DNA from: a virus
Lineage: Duplodnaviria > Caudoviricetes
IMG/VR virus record: IMGVR_UViG_3300050491_000011
DNA: 64,000 nucleotides
Direction: 5' to 3' (one strand)
Shown: positions 1 through 9,346 of the stretch, one piece after another
Numbering within the stretch: position 1 is the stretch's first letter
How the letters are laid out: every line of letters starts with the position of its first letter
Translations under genes and position numbers: made by a program
Notes under the pieces: generated by a model
The model's input: only the letters and a program-made list of their open reading frames with translations
Database searches by the model: none
Told to the model about the DNA's origin: nothing

Positions 1-63
1 GTCCTCACGGTTATTGTGCAAGCCTACAACACCACCGTTGATGAAATCCGCAACAAGATCTAA
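1..63 (+). CDS. 3' end of an upstream hypothetical protein (partial)
   Basis: Frame 1 is open (VLTVIVQAYNTTVDEIRNKI) to TAA at 61-63, with phage-like codon usage. Confidence 0.55.
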   Translation, partial: VLTVIVQAYNTTVDEIRNKI

Positions 64-73
64 ATACCCTAAC

Positions 74-86
74 GACCGAGGAGGTC
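74..86 (+). promoter_or_regulatory. SD-loop leader hairpin (GACC-GAGGA-GGTC)
   Basis: 4-bp stem with pentaloop, 3 nt before ATG 90; one of 11 copies. Confidence 0.75.
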
Positions 87-89
87 AAC

Positions 90-344
90 ATGAACACTGC
101 ATTCCACGAACAAGCAATCATCAAACTGAACAGCCGCTACATGGCTCTGCGTGATCGACTGAAGCTGATGGCTATCCAGCCTTGCGCTTGGCCAGTTGCT
201 CAAGACCCGCTGTTCCAACGCTTCACTGATTTGATGCTGGATACTGATCCTACTCCTGACAACATCGAGCAGATCACTTCCGGCATCAATAAACTGATTC
301 TGGTTATCGACGACGAAGTCGATGTCCTTGCTCTAGCTGATTAA
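90..344 (+). CDS. Hypothetical protein (84 aa)
   Basis: ORF with GGAGG SD and typical codon usage. Confidence 0.8.
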   Translation: MNTAFHEQAIIKLNSRYMALRDRLKLMAIQPCAWPVAQDPLFQRFTDLMLDTDPTPDNIEQITSGINKLILVIDDEVDVLALAD

Positions 345-391
345 CTTAAACCCCCGGCGGGAATGTTCCCGCCAACCCCTTTCTTATAAAC

Positions 392-404
392 GTCCGTGGA
401 GGAC
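392..404 (+). promoter_or_regulatory. SD-loop leader hairpin (GTCC-GTGGA-GGAC)
   Basis: Compensatory variant of the motif, 4 nt before ATG 409. Confidence 0.75.
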
Positions 405-408
405 TAGC

Positions 409-942
409 ATGAAAAACCGTAACTTTATTACTAAGACCCCAATCAACACCAAGCGTCTGGTAACTGTTCTTGATGACACCTTCGGGATGGTCGGCTACAG
501 TGTCGAGCGCAACATCGGCGATGCATTCGTGTACATCAAGGAACACGATTACTTCGTCCGCTTCAACTTCTTCACCGCTGACTACAAGGACTACGCCACA
601 GCGGCGCAGTACTTGGAGCTTCCCGTAATTACTAACTATCTGTACAACGATTATGTACAGCGGTTGGAATACGAGCAAGCAGTCAGCAATGCGCTCAGAG
701 GTGCCATCAGCGAAGTCCAAATGGATCAGCTGCGTGTGTGTCTCGATAAGCTCGATAAGAACTTCGCTGGCGCTGACTTCGACGACTACGATCAAGTAGT
801 CGAAAGCATCTACGCTATCAAGCGTCTGGCTGTAGTTGACTCAGTCGTTGGTGTGGGCGAAGCCTTCATCGATGATCGCAGCACTTACAACCCGGCTGTT
901 CACTATTCGCTGAAAGTGATCCTGAGCTCCCGCCACTACTAA
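409..942 (+). CDS. Hypothetical protein (177 aa)
   Basis: ORF with SD, followed by a terminator. Confidence 0.85.
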   Translation: MKNRNFITKTPINTKRLVTVLDDTFGMVGYSVERNIGDAFVYIKEHDYFVRFNFFTADYKDYATAAQYLELPVITNYLYNDYVQRLEYEQAVSNALRGAISEVQMDQLRVCLDKLDKNFAGADFDDYDQVVESIYAIKRLAVVDSVVGVGEAFIDDRSTYNPAVHYSLKVILSSRHY

Positions 943-950
943 CCCGCAGC

Positions 951-982
951 AAGAGAGCAGCTAACCCTGCTCTCTTTTTTTT
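951..982 (+). terminator. Intrinsic terminator
   Basis: AGAGAGCAG/CTGCTCTCT stem followed by a T-run. Confidence 0.85.
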
Positions 983-1005
983 TACCCTAAAAAAGGAATA
1001 CCCCG

Positions 1006-1662
1006 ATGTTCGAACAAACCGAATCGCGTCAACTGACTGAAGCTCAGAAGAAAGACATTCAGAAGAAGTACGAGCAAGGTCTGAATCAGGACAAGGTCAA
1101 GAGCGCCCTGCACTCTGTCGACATGTCTCTGGGCATCTTCGGCGGCGGTAGCAAGATCTCCCTGATGGAGCGTCCAATCAGCCGTTTCGTCTTCCACGCA
1201 ATCTTCTCCAGCCCGAAGGTCGAATCGTTCTTCCGTCGCTGCCACGAAGCCGATACTTTCATCACGGCCGAAGAGTTCGCCGAGTTCGAAAAGATCTGCC
1301 AAGAGATCACCGTCAAGATCTCCAAGACCTCCATCGAACAGATCTTCCTGTCGGCCGCCAAGCTGCCGCACACCAATGTTGATCTGTGGGTGATCGAAGC
1401 TGACTGGCGTGACCTGACTGCCCGCATCACCTGGACTCCAGAAATGGAAGAAGCGATCGAGCAGCAAATGGGCGGTATCTTCAACCACCTCGAGCGTCTG
1501 CGCGTACTCACCAGCCGTGACGTTCAGTACTCGACTCTGGCCGACGTACTGACCGGTGAAGCTGCCTCTGAAGCTCGTGGTAACGAAGCGCTGATGGAAG
1601 CATCCTGCGCCCTGCTGCGTCAGTACATGCTCTCCATGCCGATGCAACAACATATCGGCTAA
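1006..1662 (+). CDS. Hypothetical protein (218 aa)
   Basis: ORF with AAGGA SD and strongly biased codons. Confidence 0.85.
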   Translation: MFEQTESRQLTEAQKKDIQKKYEQGLNQDKVKSALHSVDMSLGIFGGGSKISLMERPISRFVFHAIFSSPKVESFFRRCHEADTFITAEEFAEFEKICQEITVKISKTSIEQIFLSAAKLPHTNVDLWVIEADWRDLTARITWTPEMEEAIEQQMGGIFNHLERLRVLTSRDVQYSTLADVLTGEAASEARGNEALMEASCALLRQYMLSMPMQQHIG

Positions 1663-1668
1663 ACGACT

Positions 1669-1707
1669 GGCGCTCCTTCGGGGGCGCCGCTCCACTTTCT
1701 TTTTTTT
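1669..1707 (+). terminator. Intrinsic terminator
   Basis: GGCGCTCC-TTCG-GGGGCGCC, then a T-rich tract. Confidence 0.8.
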
Positions 1708-1722
1708 ATCTGGAGATTGGAT

Positions 1723-2178
1723 ATGAATGGGTTAAGACCTACCGTCCGTAATGTCTTCTTCTACATGGCAGTTATTCTTCTTGTACTCGCTGCATTGAAG
1801 TGCGGCGCTGTCTACAGTAAGTACGGTATTGAAGAACCGCGTGAGGTTAAGCTGACTGAAGCTTGGTCGTACCTAAGTGGCAATAAGCAATCCATGTCCG
1901 AACATTGGAAGGGCTATTTCATTGACGTGAAGTCAGGTAAGAGTTTCGAGCGTGAACTCGAAGGGCGTCTTTATAACCAGTTCCGTAACAACGGCCCTAT
2001 CACGATGACAGTGAACTTGCCGCGAGAATACTGGGCTGCGCCCGGCGACAGTGTTGAGAACCGTGAGGAGGCTATTTCCTTCTTCGGTAAGTGGATTCTG
2101 TGGATCGTGATAGGGTTCCTACTCCTCAAGTGGTGGTTAGGTACTTGGGGCGAATGGGGAGACAAATACAACTATTGA
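1723..2178 (+). CDS. Membrane protein with two predicted TM segments, paralog of 2974..3435
   Basis: Hydrophobic N- and C-terminal segments; shared PREV..W...G.K.S..E...GYF.D..G..FE motif; ATG 1723 chosen from GGAG SD. Confidence 0.8.
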   Translation: MNGLRPTVRNVFFYMAVILLVLAALKCGAVYSKYGIEEPREVKLTEAWSYLSGNKQSMSEHWKGYFIDVKSGKSFERELEGRLYNQFRNNGPITMTVNLPREYWAAPGDSVENREEAISFFGKWILWIVIGFLLLKWWLGTWGEWGDKYNY

Positions 2179-2205
2179 TGCTATGCCCACCTTGAGGATA
2201 GCATC

Positions 2206-2652
2206 ATGGCATCAAAAGAAAGACTGTTTGGTAATCTGGACACGCGTGAATTAGCACGTCAGGACTATCTCCTATTAGGAGACTTCTGGCGTCAAGACAA
2301 AGAGCTGGGACACATCGTTGCAAAGAAAGGCTTTCGTACCAACTACGCAAGTATCGATATCTTGCTGAAGACTGGTTTGATTTTCTTCTATGCCTTCTTG
2401 GCAAGTTACGGGGATCAGTCTGCAACCATCCACGACTGGCTGTATAGCGGCTATGGCATCGAACGTGCTAACGGCAGTATCTACTATCCTACCCGTAGAG
2501 AATGCGATGAGATCTTCCACAGAGCCTTGCTGGATGAGGGTGTGGGACCTATCAGAGCGATGTTGTTCTACATCGGTGTAAGGTTGGGCGGCGCTTCGCA
2601 TTATTCACATGAACCAGTTACGTTTGTGCCTCAGGCTGTAATCGAGGCGTAG
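2206..2652 (+). CDS. DUF1353-like protein
   Basis: F.TNYASI...ATIHDWLY...R.ECD.IF...L...GV...VRLGG matches the recalled DUF1353 pattern. Confidence 0.75.
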   Translation: MASKERLFGNLDTRELARQDYLLLGDFWRQDKELGHIVAKKGFRTNYASIDILLKTGLIFFYAFLASYGDQSATIHDWLYSGYGIERANGSIYYPTRRECDEIFHRALLDEGVGPIRAMLFYIGVRLGGASHYSHEPVTFVPQAVIEA

Positions 2653-2673
2653 TAGATTAATAGAAGGGCGACC

Positions 2674-2964
2674 ATGGAACGATTTCATCGTAAGAAAGAA
2701 GCAGAAGCGAGAGGATTCTACTTTCTAGATCATGAATGTACCGGTAAGGTTTACACCGGGAAGTCCATGAACATCATGAAAGAAGTATTGGCCATCAGAG
2801 CGGCCTTGAGAGTCGGGAACTGTAAATGCAAGAAGCTTCAGAAGCTCTTCAATTCAGATCCTGAGTTTGATGTGCGGTTTGTATTAACGAAGGCAATGCC
2901 TGACGCTGCGCTACTCGAGAAAGAGTTCCGTAAAGGTAAGCCCAAACATCTATTGATCAACTGA
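2674..2964 (+). CDS. Short degenerate GIY-YIG-like domain protein
   Basis: GFY-(10 aa)-YTG motif followed by L..G....LQ.LFN.D..F. Confidence 0.6.
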   Translation: MERFHRKKEAEARGFYFLDHECTGKVYTGKSMNIMKEVLAIRAALRVGNCKCKKLQKLFNSDPEFDVRFVLTKAMPDAALLEKEFRKGKPKHLLIN

Positions 2965-2973
2965 GGTAAAGAC

Positions 2974-3435
2974 ATGAAGTCTATCTGGACTGTATTCAAA
3001 CCGTGGAATCTTCCGTGGCTACTCATCACCATCGGGTTGGCGTTTACGTCGTACCACTATTACGGTGAGTATTCAGCTTACCGTAATAAGGCGCCTCGTG
3101 AAGTCGTTCTCCTCGATACGTGGAGTGAAATGCGCGGATCGAAACACAGCGTACATGAGGAGTTCGTTGGATACTTCCGCGATAACCTCACGGGTGCTGG
3201 TTTCGAGTATCCGGTAAGTGGTGGTCTTCACAAGTCGTTCTCCAAGACACTGAAGGCGATGCCTCTGAAGTTTCCGTTGGCGGAGCGCGACCTGAAGTTA
3301 GGGCAGCATAAAGACTGGATGATGTTCGTCTTCCTGATTGCCGGCATTGTGTCGTTGGTATCGCTGGTAGTACGTGTCGGTATCTGGGGCGAATCGATCA
3401 GCAAGAAGTCGTACGAGAAACACAAGAAAGAATAG
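2974..3435 (+). CDS. Membrane protein, paralog of 1723..2178
   Basis: Same TM-soluble-TM layout and shared motif. Confidence 0.8.
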   Translation: MKSIWTVFKPWNLPWLLITIGLAFTSYHYYGEYSAYRNKAPREVVLLDTWSEMRGSKHSVHEEFVGYFRDNLTGAGFEYPVSGGLHKSFSKTLKAMPLKFPLAERDLKLGQHKDWMMFVFLIAGIVSLVSLVVRVGIWGESISKKSYEKHKKE

Positions 3436-3442
3436 TACGCGA

Positions 3443-3475
3443 CATAAGGCCCGGCGTGAGCCGGGCTTTATGCTG
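3443..3475. terminator. Bidirectional hairpin terminator, CATAA...TTTATGC class
   Basis: CATAAGGCCCGGC-GTGA-GCCGGGCTTTATG between convergent genes. Confidence 0.8.
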
Positions 3476-3479
3476 TTCG

Positions 3480-6400
3480 TTACTTGATGCTGCGTTCCAT
3501 CCACAACAGCAGAGCGATGATCGTGTCCTTAGCGATCGAGTCTGGATGAGGTAGGCTCTCCACGAAGACTTGACAAACTCCCTGGTGATACCACTTATCG
3601 TAGAAATCCATGTACAGGGGATTGTCGTAATCGTAGATAGCGTCACTGAAAGCAGAGCCATCCGAGTGATCCAACCAAGTGAACCAGTAGTCCTGCTCAT
3701 ACATCGGAAGGAGCTGCTCGATCAACTTAACTGCCTGTAGGATCTCAGCTTGTGTCAATGCCTTGATCGTATCAGGAGCCTTCACTGGGATTTCACGACG
3801 GTTAATCCAAATGTCGAACTCACGTTTCTCCACCTTTTCGGTGAAGACCATGTGGCCACCGATAGAGTGAGTAGGCTTCAGATCAGTGATAGGGGTTGGG
3901 ATTTTGTTGAAGTCGGCGATAGCCTTCTCCCCCAGCTCCTTTACCTTATCCGCATCATCTTCATTGATCGCCGCGATGATCTTCGGCTTCACATCCTTGT
4001 AGATCGATTGAACCGCGTCGTTCATGGCTTTCAGTTGACCATGGTACTTATCGCACATCCGACTAGCGTCATTCACAGCGCTACTGACAGCAGATACCGA
4101 TCCCAAGAACTTACCGTTCACCGACAGTTCTTGAGCGATGCCACCACTTGATACCGTGGTATTGAAAGTCTGTTCCGACAACCATTTACTGTTGCCGAAG
4201 TATTCTTTCAGGTATCTGTCGAGGCCTGTCGCATCGAGATGGTTGTGCTTTTCTTTAATGACGGCCTTGTTCTTGGCTTCATCCATCTTCTTCTTTGGAT
4301 CGCCGACGATCAGACTTTTAATGCTCTTCAGCATGTCGGAGAAACTTTCAAAGGAAGGTGGAATAACCTTGATCTGCACAGAGTAACCATGCAGAGCCTG
4401 CTTGATATCGACAGGCACGCAACGAACGATGTTCTTGCTGACTTCGCCTTGAGTCTTGTACTCGCCAGACAATCCATTGACTGGGTTGTAGTTCGCCATC
4501 CAACCATCTTTGACGTCAGGTTTGATCGTGTACAGGAATACCTGCAACGAATGAACATCAGCGAGTGTCAGAGGTTCGTTCGACTCGATCTCGATACGAC
4601 GGCCAGTGAACTTGTAGCGGTTGAGTTTGAACTTCTTCTCGATAGCCGAGGAGATACCCAACATCACCGCTGCATCTTTATCGTCAGATGCGTAGAGCCA
4701 TTCATTAGACTCGCACTTATCCCAACGAACGATCTCACCGCTACGCTGGAAGCCAGGCATCAACTCACCTTGCTTGAACGCAGAACCATGGTACAGATAG
4801 TTCGGCAGATCCACTTCTGGTTCTTCACGCATGGAGTGCGGCGCAACGGTGTCGCTCACTTCGCGGCTATAAGCAGCCGACTGAGAGTTCCAGCCTTCGC
4901 CACCACCACGATGCATGTCGCCTTGGAAGACACCAAGCAGATCAGCAACGAACCCAGCCAGATCAGACATGAAGTCGAACACTTCCAGAGACAGAGTCTC
5001 AGTGTCCACGTTCTTGATGCCGAGGATAGATGCGGTCATTTCAGCCGACCACGTCAGGATGTCGTTACTGCGAGTGGAGATGTTTGGAGCATCGCCAGTA
5101 TCCAGCAAGAAATCGAAGACGAATACTTCACTGTCTTGACCCAAGCGGGCAGCACGAGCGATTGTCTGTGTGCGAATCGCATCACGGAACGGTTGGTTCA
5201 ACATCAGGATGGTGTTGGCTACTGTCAACGGAACGGCAGTTGACAGACTCTGGAACGTAGCCACCAGAGGATTGAGATCCTCATCCTTGTAGTACTTGGC
5301 CACGATGGTTGGTAAGTCCTTGTTGGTCTCACCGTAAACCTTCGCTGGGGTATACCCATCGTGGTACAGTTTGTCGGCAGCAGCTTCCAGCACTTCAACG
5401 TAACTGGTGAAGACCAGCGTCTTCTTCTTAGCCGCATCGATATACTTCTCAAGATCGATGTGTGCCAGCATGTCCAGGTGGCATGCACTGCGAGCCTTAC
5501 CAAGCACCCCGCCGAGTGCTTCACCCATGATCTTCAACTTGACATATTTAACAACGCTGCGGGCACCTTTGAACTCAGCTTTCAGAGAACCATTCAGCTG
5601 CGGCATGATGGTCTTCAGCTCGTACCGATTACAGAGCTGAGCCTCAGCCTTCATGGTCATCGGATCAAATCCGCCAGATACAGTTGCAAAAGCAGATCGA
5701 TAAGCATTGAACTCACGACGATCAAGATCAGTACGAAGAGTCTTCTCAAATTCATTGAGACCTTCCTTGTACTTATCTTCGTAGAACTTCCGGTTCTTCT
5801 CGTAGTAGTCCCTGCGTTCATCAATGAACTTACGCATCCGAGCGCCGATGGCTTCCAACGTATAGTCGTTACCATTAGGCATCTTCACCATGACCTGTTC
5901 CACAGTCACCACTGTGTCTACCACGTCCTGTTTAGGAACGTGATACTTCAGGTGACCGATACGGTTACGGAGAATGTCGTTTGCGCGCTTAGCATCCTTG
6001 CCGTAGATCTTACGGAAGGCTTCTTCGCAGTTGTCATCAAAGTACGGATCGACACACTTAAGGAAAGGAATACATTCCGATCCCATCGCTTGGATTGGTG
6101 TGCCAGACATCCAGAGGCAGTAAGCAATAGTCGGCATCTTACACATCTCGACCAAGAGCTGGGTGCGGTCGGCAGCAAGACGGTTGAAGTTGTGCGACTC
6201 GTCGACGATGATCATGGCGTCTTTGAAGTCACGAGGGTTGGCTTTAACGAAATCGAAGATCGTTTGGATCGACTCGTAGTGGCAAACGTAGAAGTGCTCG
6301 TCCAGCGTCGGGAGACGACCTTCAGTACTCACCCAGTAACGACGCTTGGTCATCATGATGTCTTGGATGGTATCTTTCCAAACACGCTCTGCGGCGTTCT

Positions 6401-6935
6401 TAGGAGTGAAGATGATAACCTTCGGCGCATGTAAGCATTCACTCAGCACGAGACTAGTGACGGTCTTGCCGGTGCCTGCGCCAGCATCCAGCAGATAACC
6501 TTTAAGCTTGTAAGCAGGAACCATACGCCCGTACAGTTGAGCGAACTCACGCTGGAATGGCTTCAGCGGGAATGGTACTTGCTTGTCCACAACGGACATG
6601 TCAGTGATCGACTTGACATCACGGTCAACATCACCGAGCCAAGTCTTCTCACGCAGTTCTTCAATGACCTTAGCCAGTACACGCTTCGGAGTACGGGTCT
6701 GCTTGTCATCGTACATCGTTTGACACATGTACAGGAAGTCGAACCCGAAGAAGTGACGCATCTTGAATTCACTACTACGGACGTTCTGGAACATGTGCTT
6801 GTAGAGGGCGCTGGTTCCCCAGATACGATACACGTCCTTAAAGAACAACATCGTACTGATACCTTCCACTACAATGAAATCACGGGTAGTGGTCACGTCC
6901 ACTAATCCTAGACGACGCCTTAATCCTGCTAACAT
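3480..6935 (-). CDS. SNF2-like SF2 helicase with about 500 aa C-terminal extension (ART-like domain plus head-protein-like domain)
   Basis: Walker A GAGTGKT, DESH, MSGTP and QTIARAARLGQ motifs in aa 1-640; extension carries LYHGS...LYAS...EYK. Confidence 0.85.
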   Translation of the reverse strand: MLAGLRRRLGLVDVTTTRDFIVVEGISTMLFFKDVYRIWGTSALYKHMFQNVRSSEFKMRHFFGFDFLYMCQTMYDDKQTRTPKRVLAKVIEELREKTWLGDVDRDVKSITDMSVVDKQVPFPLKPFQREFAQLYGRMVPAYKLKGYLLDAGAGTGKTVTSLVLSECLHAPKVIIFTPKNAAERVWKDTIQDIMMTKRRYWVSTEGRLPTLDEHFYVCHYESIQTIFDFVKANPRDFKDAMIIVDESHNFNRLAADRTQLLVEMCKMPTIAYCLWMSGTPIQAMGSECIPFLKCVDPYFDDNCEEAFRKIYGKDAKRANDILRNRIGHLKYHVPKQDVVDTVVTVEQVMVKMPNGNDYTLEAIGARMRKFIDERRDYYEKNRKFYEDKYKEGLNEFEKTLRTDLDRREFNAYRSAFATVSGGFDPMTMKAEAQLCNRYELKTIMPQLNGSLKAEFKGARSVVKYVKLKIMGEALGGVLGKARSACHLDMLAHIDLEKYIDAAKKKTLVFTSYVEVLEAAADKLYHDGYTPAKVYGETNKDLPTIVAKYYKDEDLNPLVATFQSLSTAVPLTVANTILMLNQPFRDAIRTQTIARAARLGQDSEVFVFDFLLDTGDAPNISTRSNDILTWSAEMTASILGIKNVDTETLSLEVFDFMSDLAGFVADLLGVFQGDMHRGGGEGWNSQSAAYSREVSDTVAPHSMREEPEVDLPNYLYHGSAFKQGELMPGFQRSGEIVRWDKCESNEWLYASDDKDAAVMLGISSAIEKKFKLNRYKFTGRRIEIESNEPLTLADVHSLQVFLYTIKPDVKDGWMANYNPVNGLSGEYKTQGEVSKNIVRCVPVDIKQALHGYSVQIKVIPPSFESFSDMLKSIKSLIVGDPKKKMDEAKNKAVIKEKHNHLDATGLDRYLKEYFGNSKWLSEQTFNTTVSSGGIAQELSVNGKFLGSVSAVSSAVNDASRMCDKYHGQLKAMNDAVQSIYKDVKPKIIAAINEDDADKVKELGEKAIADFNKIPTPITDLKPTHSIGGHMVFTEKVEKREFDIWINRREIPVKAPDTIKALTQAEILQAVKLIEQLLPMYEQDYWFTWLDHSDGSAFSDAIYDYDNPLYMDFYDKWYHQGVCQVFVESLPHPDSIAKDTIIALLLWMERSIK

Positions 6936-7040
6936 GGTGTTCCCCGTACTTCAAATAATGGAAGGTAAATGACATAAAATGTGTTGCTGCTTACTGAACG
7001 GTTTTATAGGCACACATAATCAAAGTACATAACCGCAATC

Positions 7041-7053
7041 GACTGAGGAAGTC
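7041..7053 (+). promoter_or_regulatory. SD-loop leader hairpin (GACT-GAGGA-AGTC)
   Basis: Compensatory T-A variant, 3 nt before ATG 7057. Confidence 0.75.
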
Positions 7054-7056
7054 AGC

Positions 7057-7605
7057 ATGACCGAGCTTAAAGATCCGTACGTTTTGTTTGAAGCACTGGT
7101 AGCAATTTCTAAGGGCTGCACTAACGTAACTCAGGCCAAGAGTATCGCAGCACAAGCGCTTAAAGACTACAGCGCTGGTGATGTACGTTTGGCTGTGAAG
7201 TCTGGCGTAGACAAAGTGACTGGCGCGGTGTTCCAACCTGTTACTCCGGGAATGTATACGAAGCCTGGCCAGAACTTAACTAGCTACGTTCTGGACATTC
7301 CTTATAACGACGAATGCGAATACCGCTGCGTGTACGTCAGTTATCGTAACGGCGATTCCACTCGATTCATCCTTGAGACTCCTAAAGGCGTTGATACTAA
7401 CGTACTCAAGAACGAACTCAAGGATGCTGGTCTCGGTTGGTATCTGCGTAACAATCCTGAATTCAAATACTGGATTCTGGATGATGTCGCTAAGACCAAG
7501 ATCGAAGCAGACTTCAAACCAACCACTCCGGTAATCACAATCCGCGAGTGGAACCACAATAAACGTTTCCGCCATGGCTACATTGTGGTGGGTAAACACT
7601 CATGA
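7057..7605 (+). CDS. Hypothetical protein (182 aa)
   Basis: ORF with leader hairpin; stop overlaps the next start (ATGA). Confidence 0.85.
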   Translation: MTELKDPYVLFEALVAISKGCTNVTQAKSIAAQALKDYSAGDVRLAVKSGVDKVTGAVFQPVTPGMYTKPGQNLTSYVLDIPYNDECEYRCVYVSYRNGDSTRFILETPKGVDTNVLKNELKDAGLGWYLRNNPEFKYWILDDVAKTKIEADFKPTTPVITIREWNHNKRFRHGYIVVGKHS

Positions 7606-8942
7606 GGAACCCATCGATGTCCAGCACTACTTCCATTGCGTTCTCCACCGTCAACCGTTACGCGCCTCAAGCGGCTTACCTGGTCGGCAATCCTGTCAGC
7701 GTACTTCCTGACGAGATCACTGCTGCAAACTTGGCTGAACATTTCTGCCACCGGAAAGATACATTGCACGAACGTATCTTCGATGCTTCCCAAGAGAACC
7801 GTCTGCAATTCGTCATTACCCACACGGTAAGCCAGTCTGCTAACTCGACCCTGGTTTACCACCTGTTCGGGTATTCCGATCACGACGGTAACCCTGAACT
7901 CCTGTCCGATGACATGAAGCTCTATTTCAGCCGGGCGGTCACAATCCGTTCTACGCTGATCCGCGACATCACCGGTTGCCGAACCATCTCCAACGTGGTA
8001 GAAGATGCACTGCTGACGCAGGGCTGGATGGAAGGCGCTCGGGTTCTACGTCCTAGCGACATCTTCCAGAATCTGGGTTCCGAGGCGGCTTTCAGTGCGT
8101 TCATCACGCCCGGTATGAAATGCATCAACCTGTCTGGCGCTTTCAATAAGAATCAGGTGAAGATGATGCACACGAGTAACGAGAGTCCTGCTCGTTATAT
8201 CAAGACCATCTCTGATGCACTTCACGGTGCTATCAAAGACTGCATCGCTGATCCGATAGAAATGAAAGACGACTATCTGTTCAGCGCGGCGATGGATCGT
8301 ACCTGCGAACCTTCGCTCATGCACCACTGGTTCCTCAGTGAATTGGTGCGTTCAACCAAGTTCGAATTCGACGGGTTCGTAACTCTCGGCGACTTCAAGC
8401 AAGTGTTTGAACCTGAAACGGTATCGGCGATGATCACCGAGTCTGTTGATCGTACAGACCTCACCCCGTGGACTGGCTCGGTAGAATCTTATCTGGCCAA
8501 CCTTCTGATCAATACCGTCAACGCGAGCATGACTGACTACGGTTACATGTCTGTTCGCGTTGACGGGGTAATCGGTAAGGTTACAACGGCAGCGCTAAAC
8601 GGTTCCAGCATGCTGGATAAGAATACGTTCGATGATCTCATTCCTGAGTTCGATATCAAACGTCCTCCGTTTGTCAGTATCGTGAAGAACGATCTGAAGG
8701 CCTTCGTGTGGAATCCAGCAGATGCGGAAATCCAGTTCAACGTGAAAGTCGATATCGCAGGCGTTGCTACAGTCAGCATTAAAGTCGGCGAAGAAGCACC
8801 TCAGATCTTCGAACGTCCGATGTACATGGTCGGTATGTTGTCCGGTCAGTGGGCGGTTGATGAATCTCTTATCGATCGCACTCGTTCGTACTTCAAGGAC
8901 GCTATCAGTGTTCTGACCAGTCGGGCAATCGTTCAGCAGTAA
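7602..8942 (+). CDS. Hypothetical protein, possible divergent member of the phiKZ gp69 (PicA/Imp1) family
   Basis: 446-aa ORF; motifs GYSD...DDMKLYF, LRPSDIF, SNESPARYI and FVTLGDF resemble my recollection of that family; unverified. Confidence 0.4.
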   Translation: MRNPSMSSTTSIAFSTVNRYAPQAAYLVGNPVSVLPDEITAANLAEHFCHRKDTLHERIFDASQENRLQFVITHTVSQSANSTLVYHLFGYSDHDGNPELLSDDMKLYFSRAVTIRSTLIRDITGCRTISNVVEDALLTQGWMEGARVLRPSDIFQNLGSEAAFSAFITPGMKCINLSGAFNKNQVKMMHTSNESPARYIKTISDALHGAIKDCIADPIEMKDDYLFSAAMDRTCEPSLMHHWFLSELVRSTKFEFDGFVTLGDFKQVFEPETVSAMITESVDRTDLTPWTGSVESYLANLLINTVNASMTDYGYMSVRVDGVIGKVTTAALNGSSMLDKNTFDDLIPEFDIKRPPFVSIVKNDLKAFVWNPADAEIQFNVKVDIAGVATVSIKVGEEAPQIFERPMYMVGMLSGQWAVDESLIDRTRSYFKDAISVLTSRAIVQQ

Positions 8943-8950
8943 GCGGCATA

Positions 8951-8995
8951 AGTACCCACTCCTTCGGGAGTGGGTACTGTCACTTCTTTTTTTTA
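8951..8995. terminator. Intrinsic terminator at a convergent junction
   Basis: 12-bp stem AGTACCCACTCC-TTCG-GGAGTGGGTACT plus T-run. Confidence 0.85.
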
Positions 8996-9310
8996 GAGTT
9001 CTTCTTCCGGAATGTCCACCATCGACACCGTCTGACCAGCCAGCTCGTGAGTGCAGTCATTGAGGAATTCCCACTGACCGTTACGAATAAAGCTGTGGCA
9101 AACAACGGCTTCCGTGCAGAACTTATTGAACTGAACCATAATGCTCGGAGAGTAAGTCGGCATATTGACGTTACCGTCCCACTGCCATTGCTGACCGCTC
9201 CCACTTGGCTTATCGATTGCGATGTGATGCATCCACTTACAGCCTGGGCAATAGAGCCCGTGCATATGTCCAGCAAAGAGTTCGATCTTTGGTGAAAGTA
9301 ATTCACTCAT
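8993..9310 (-). CDS. DUF6527-like small Cys/His metal-binding protein
   Basis: CPGC..MH...W.WDG....PTYSPSI...CHSFIRNGQWEFLNDCTH pattern. Confidence 0.75.
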   Translation of the reverse strand: MSELLSPKIELFAGHMHGLYCPGCKWMHHIAIDKPSGSGQQWQWDGNVNMPTYSPSIMVQFNKFCTEAVVCHSFIRNGQWEFLNDCTHELAGQTVSMVDIPEEEL

Positions 9311-9346
9311 GATTTGTATGTCCTATAGAACCGTTGGGGAACTAAC

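Noticed and set aside
7602-8942. Identification as nvRNAP specificity subunit gp68
   Set aside because: The motifs do not match what I recall of gp68; they fit the neighbouring gp69-type family better, though that is still unverified.
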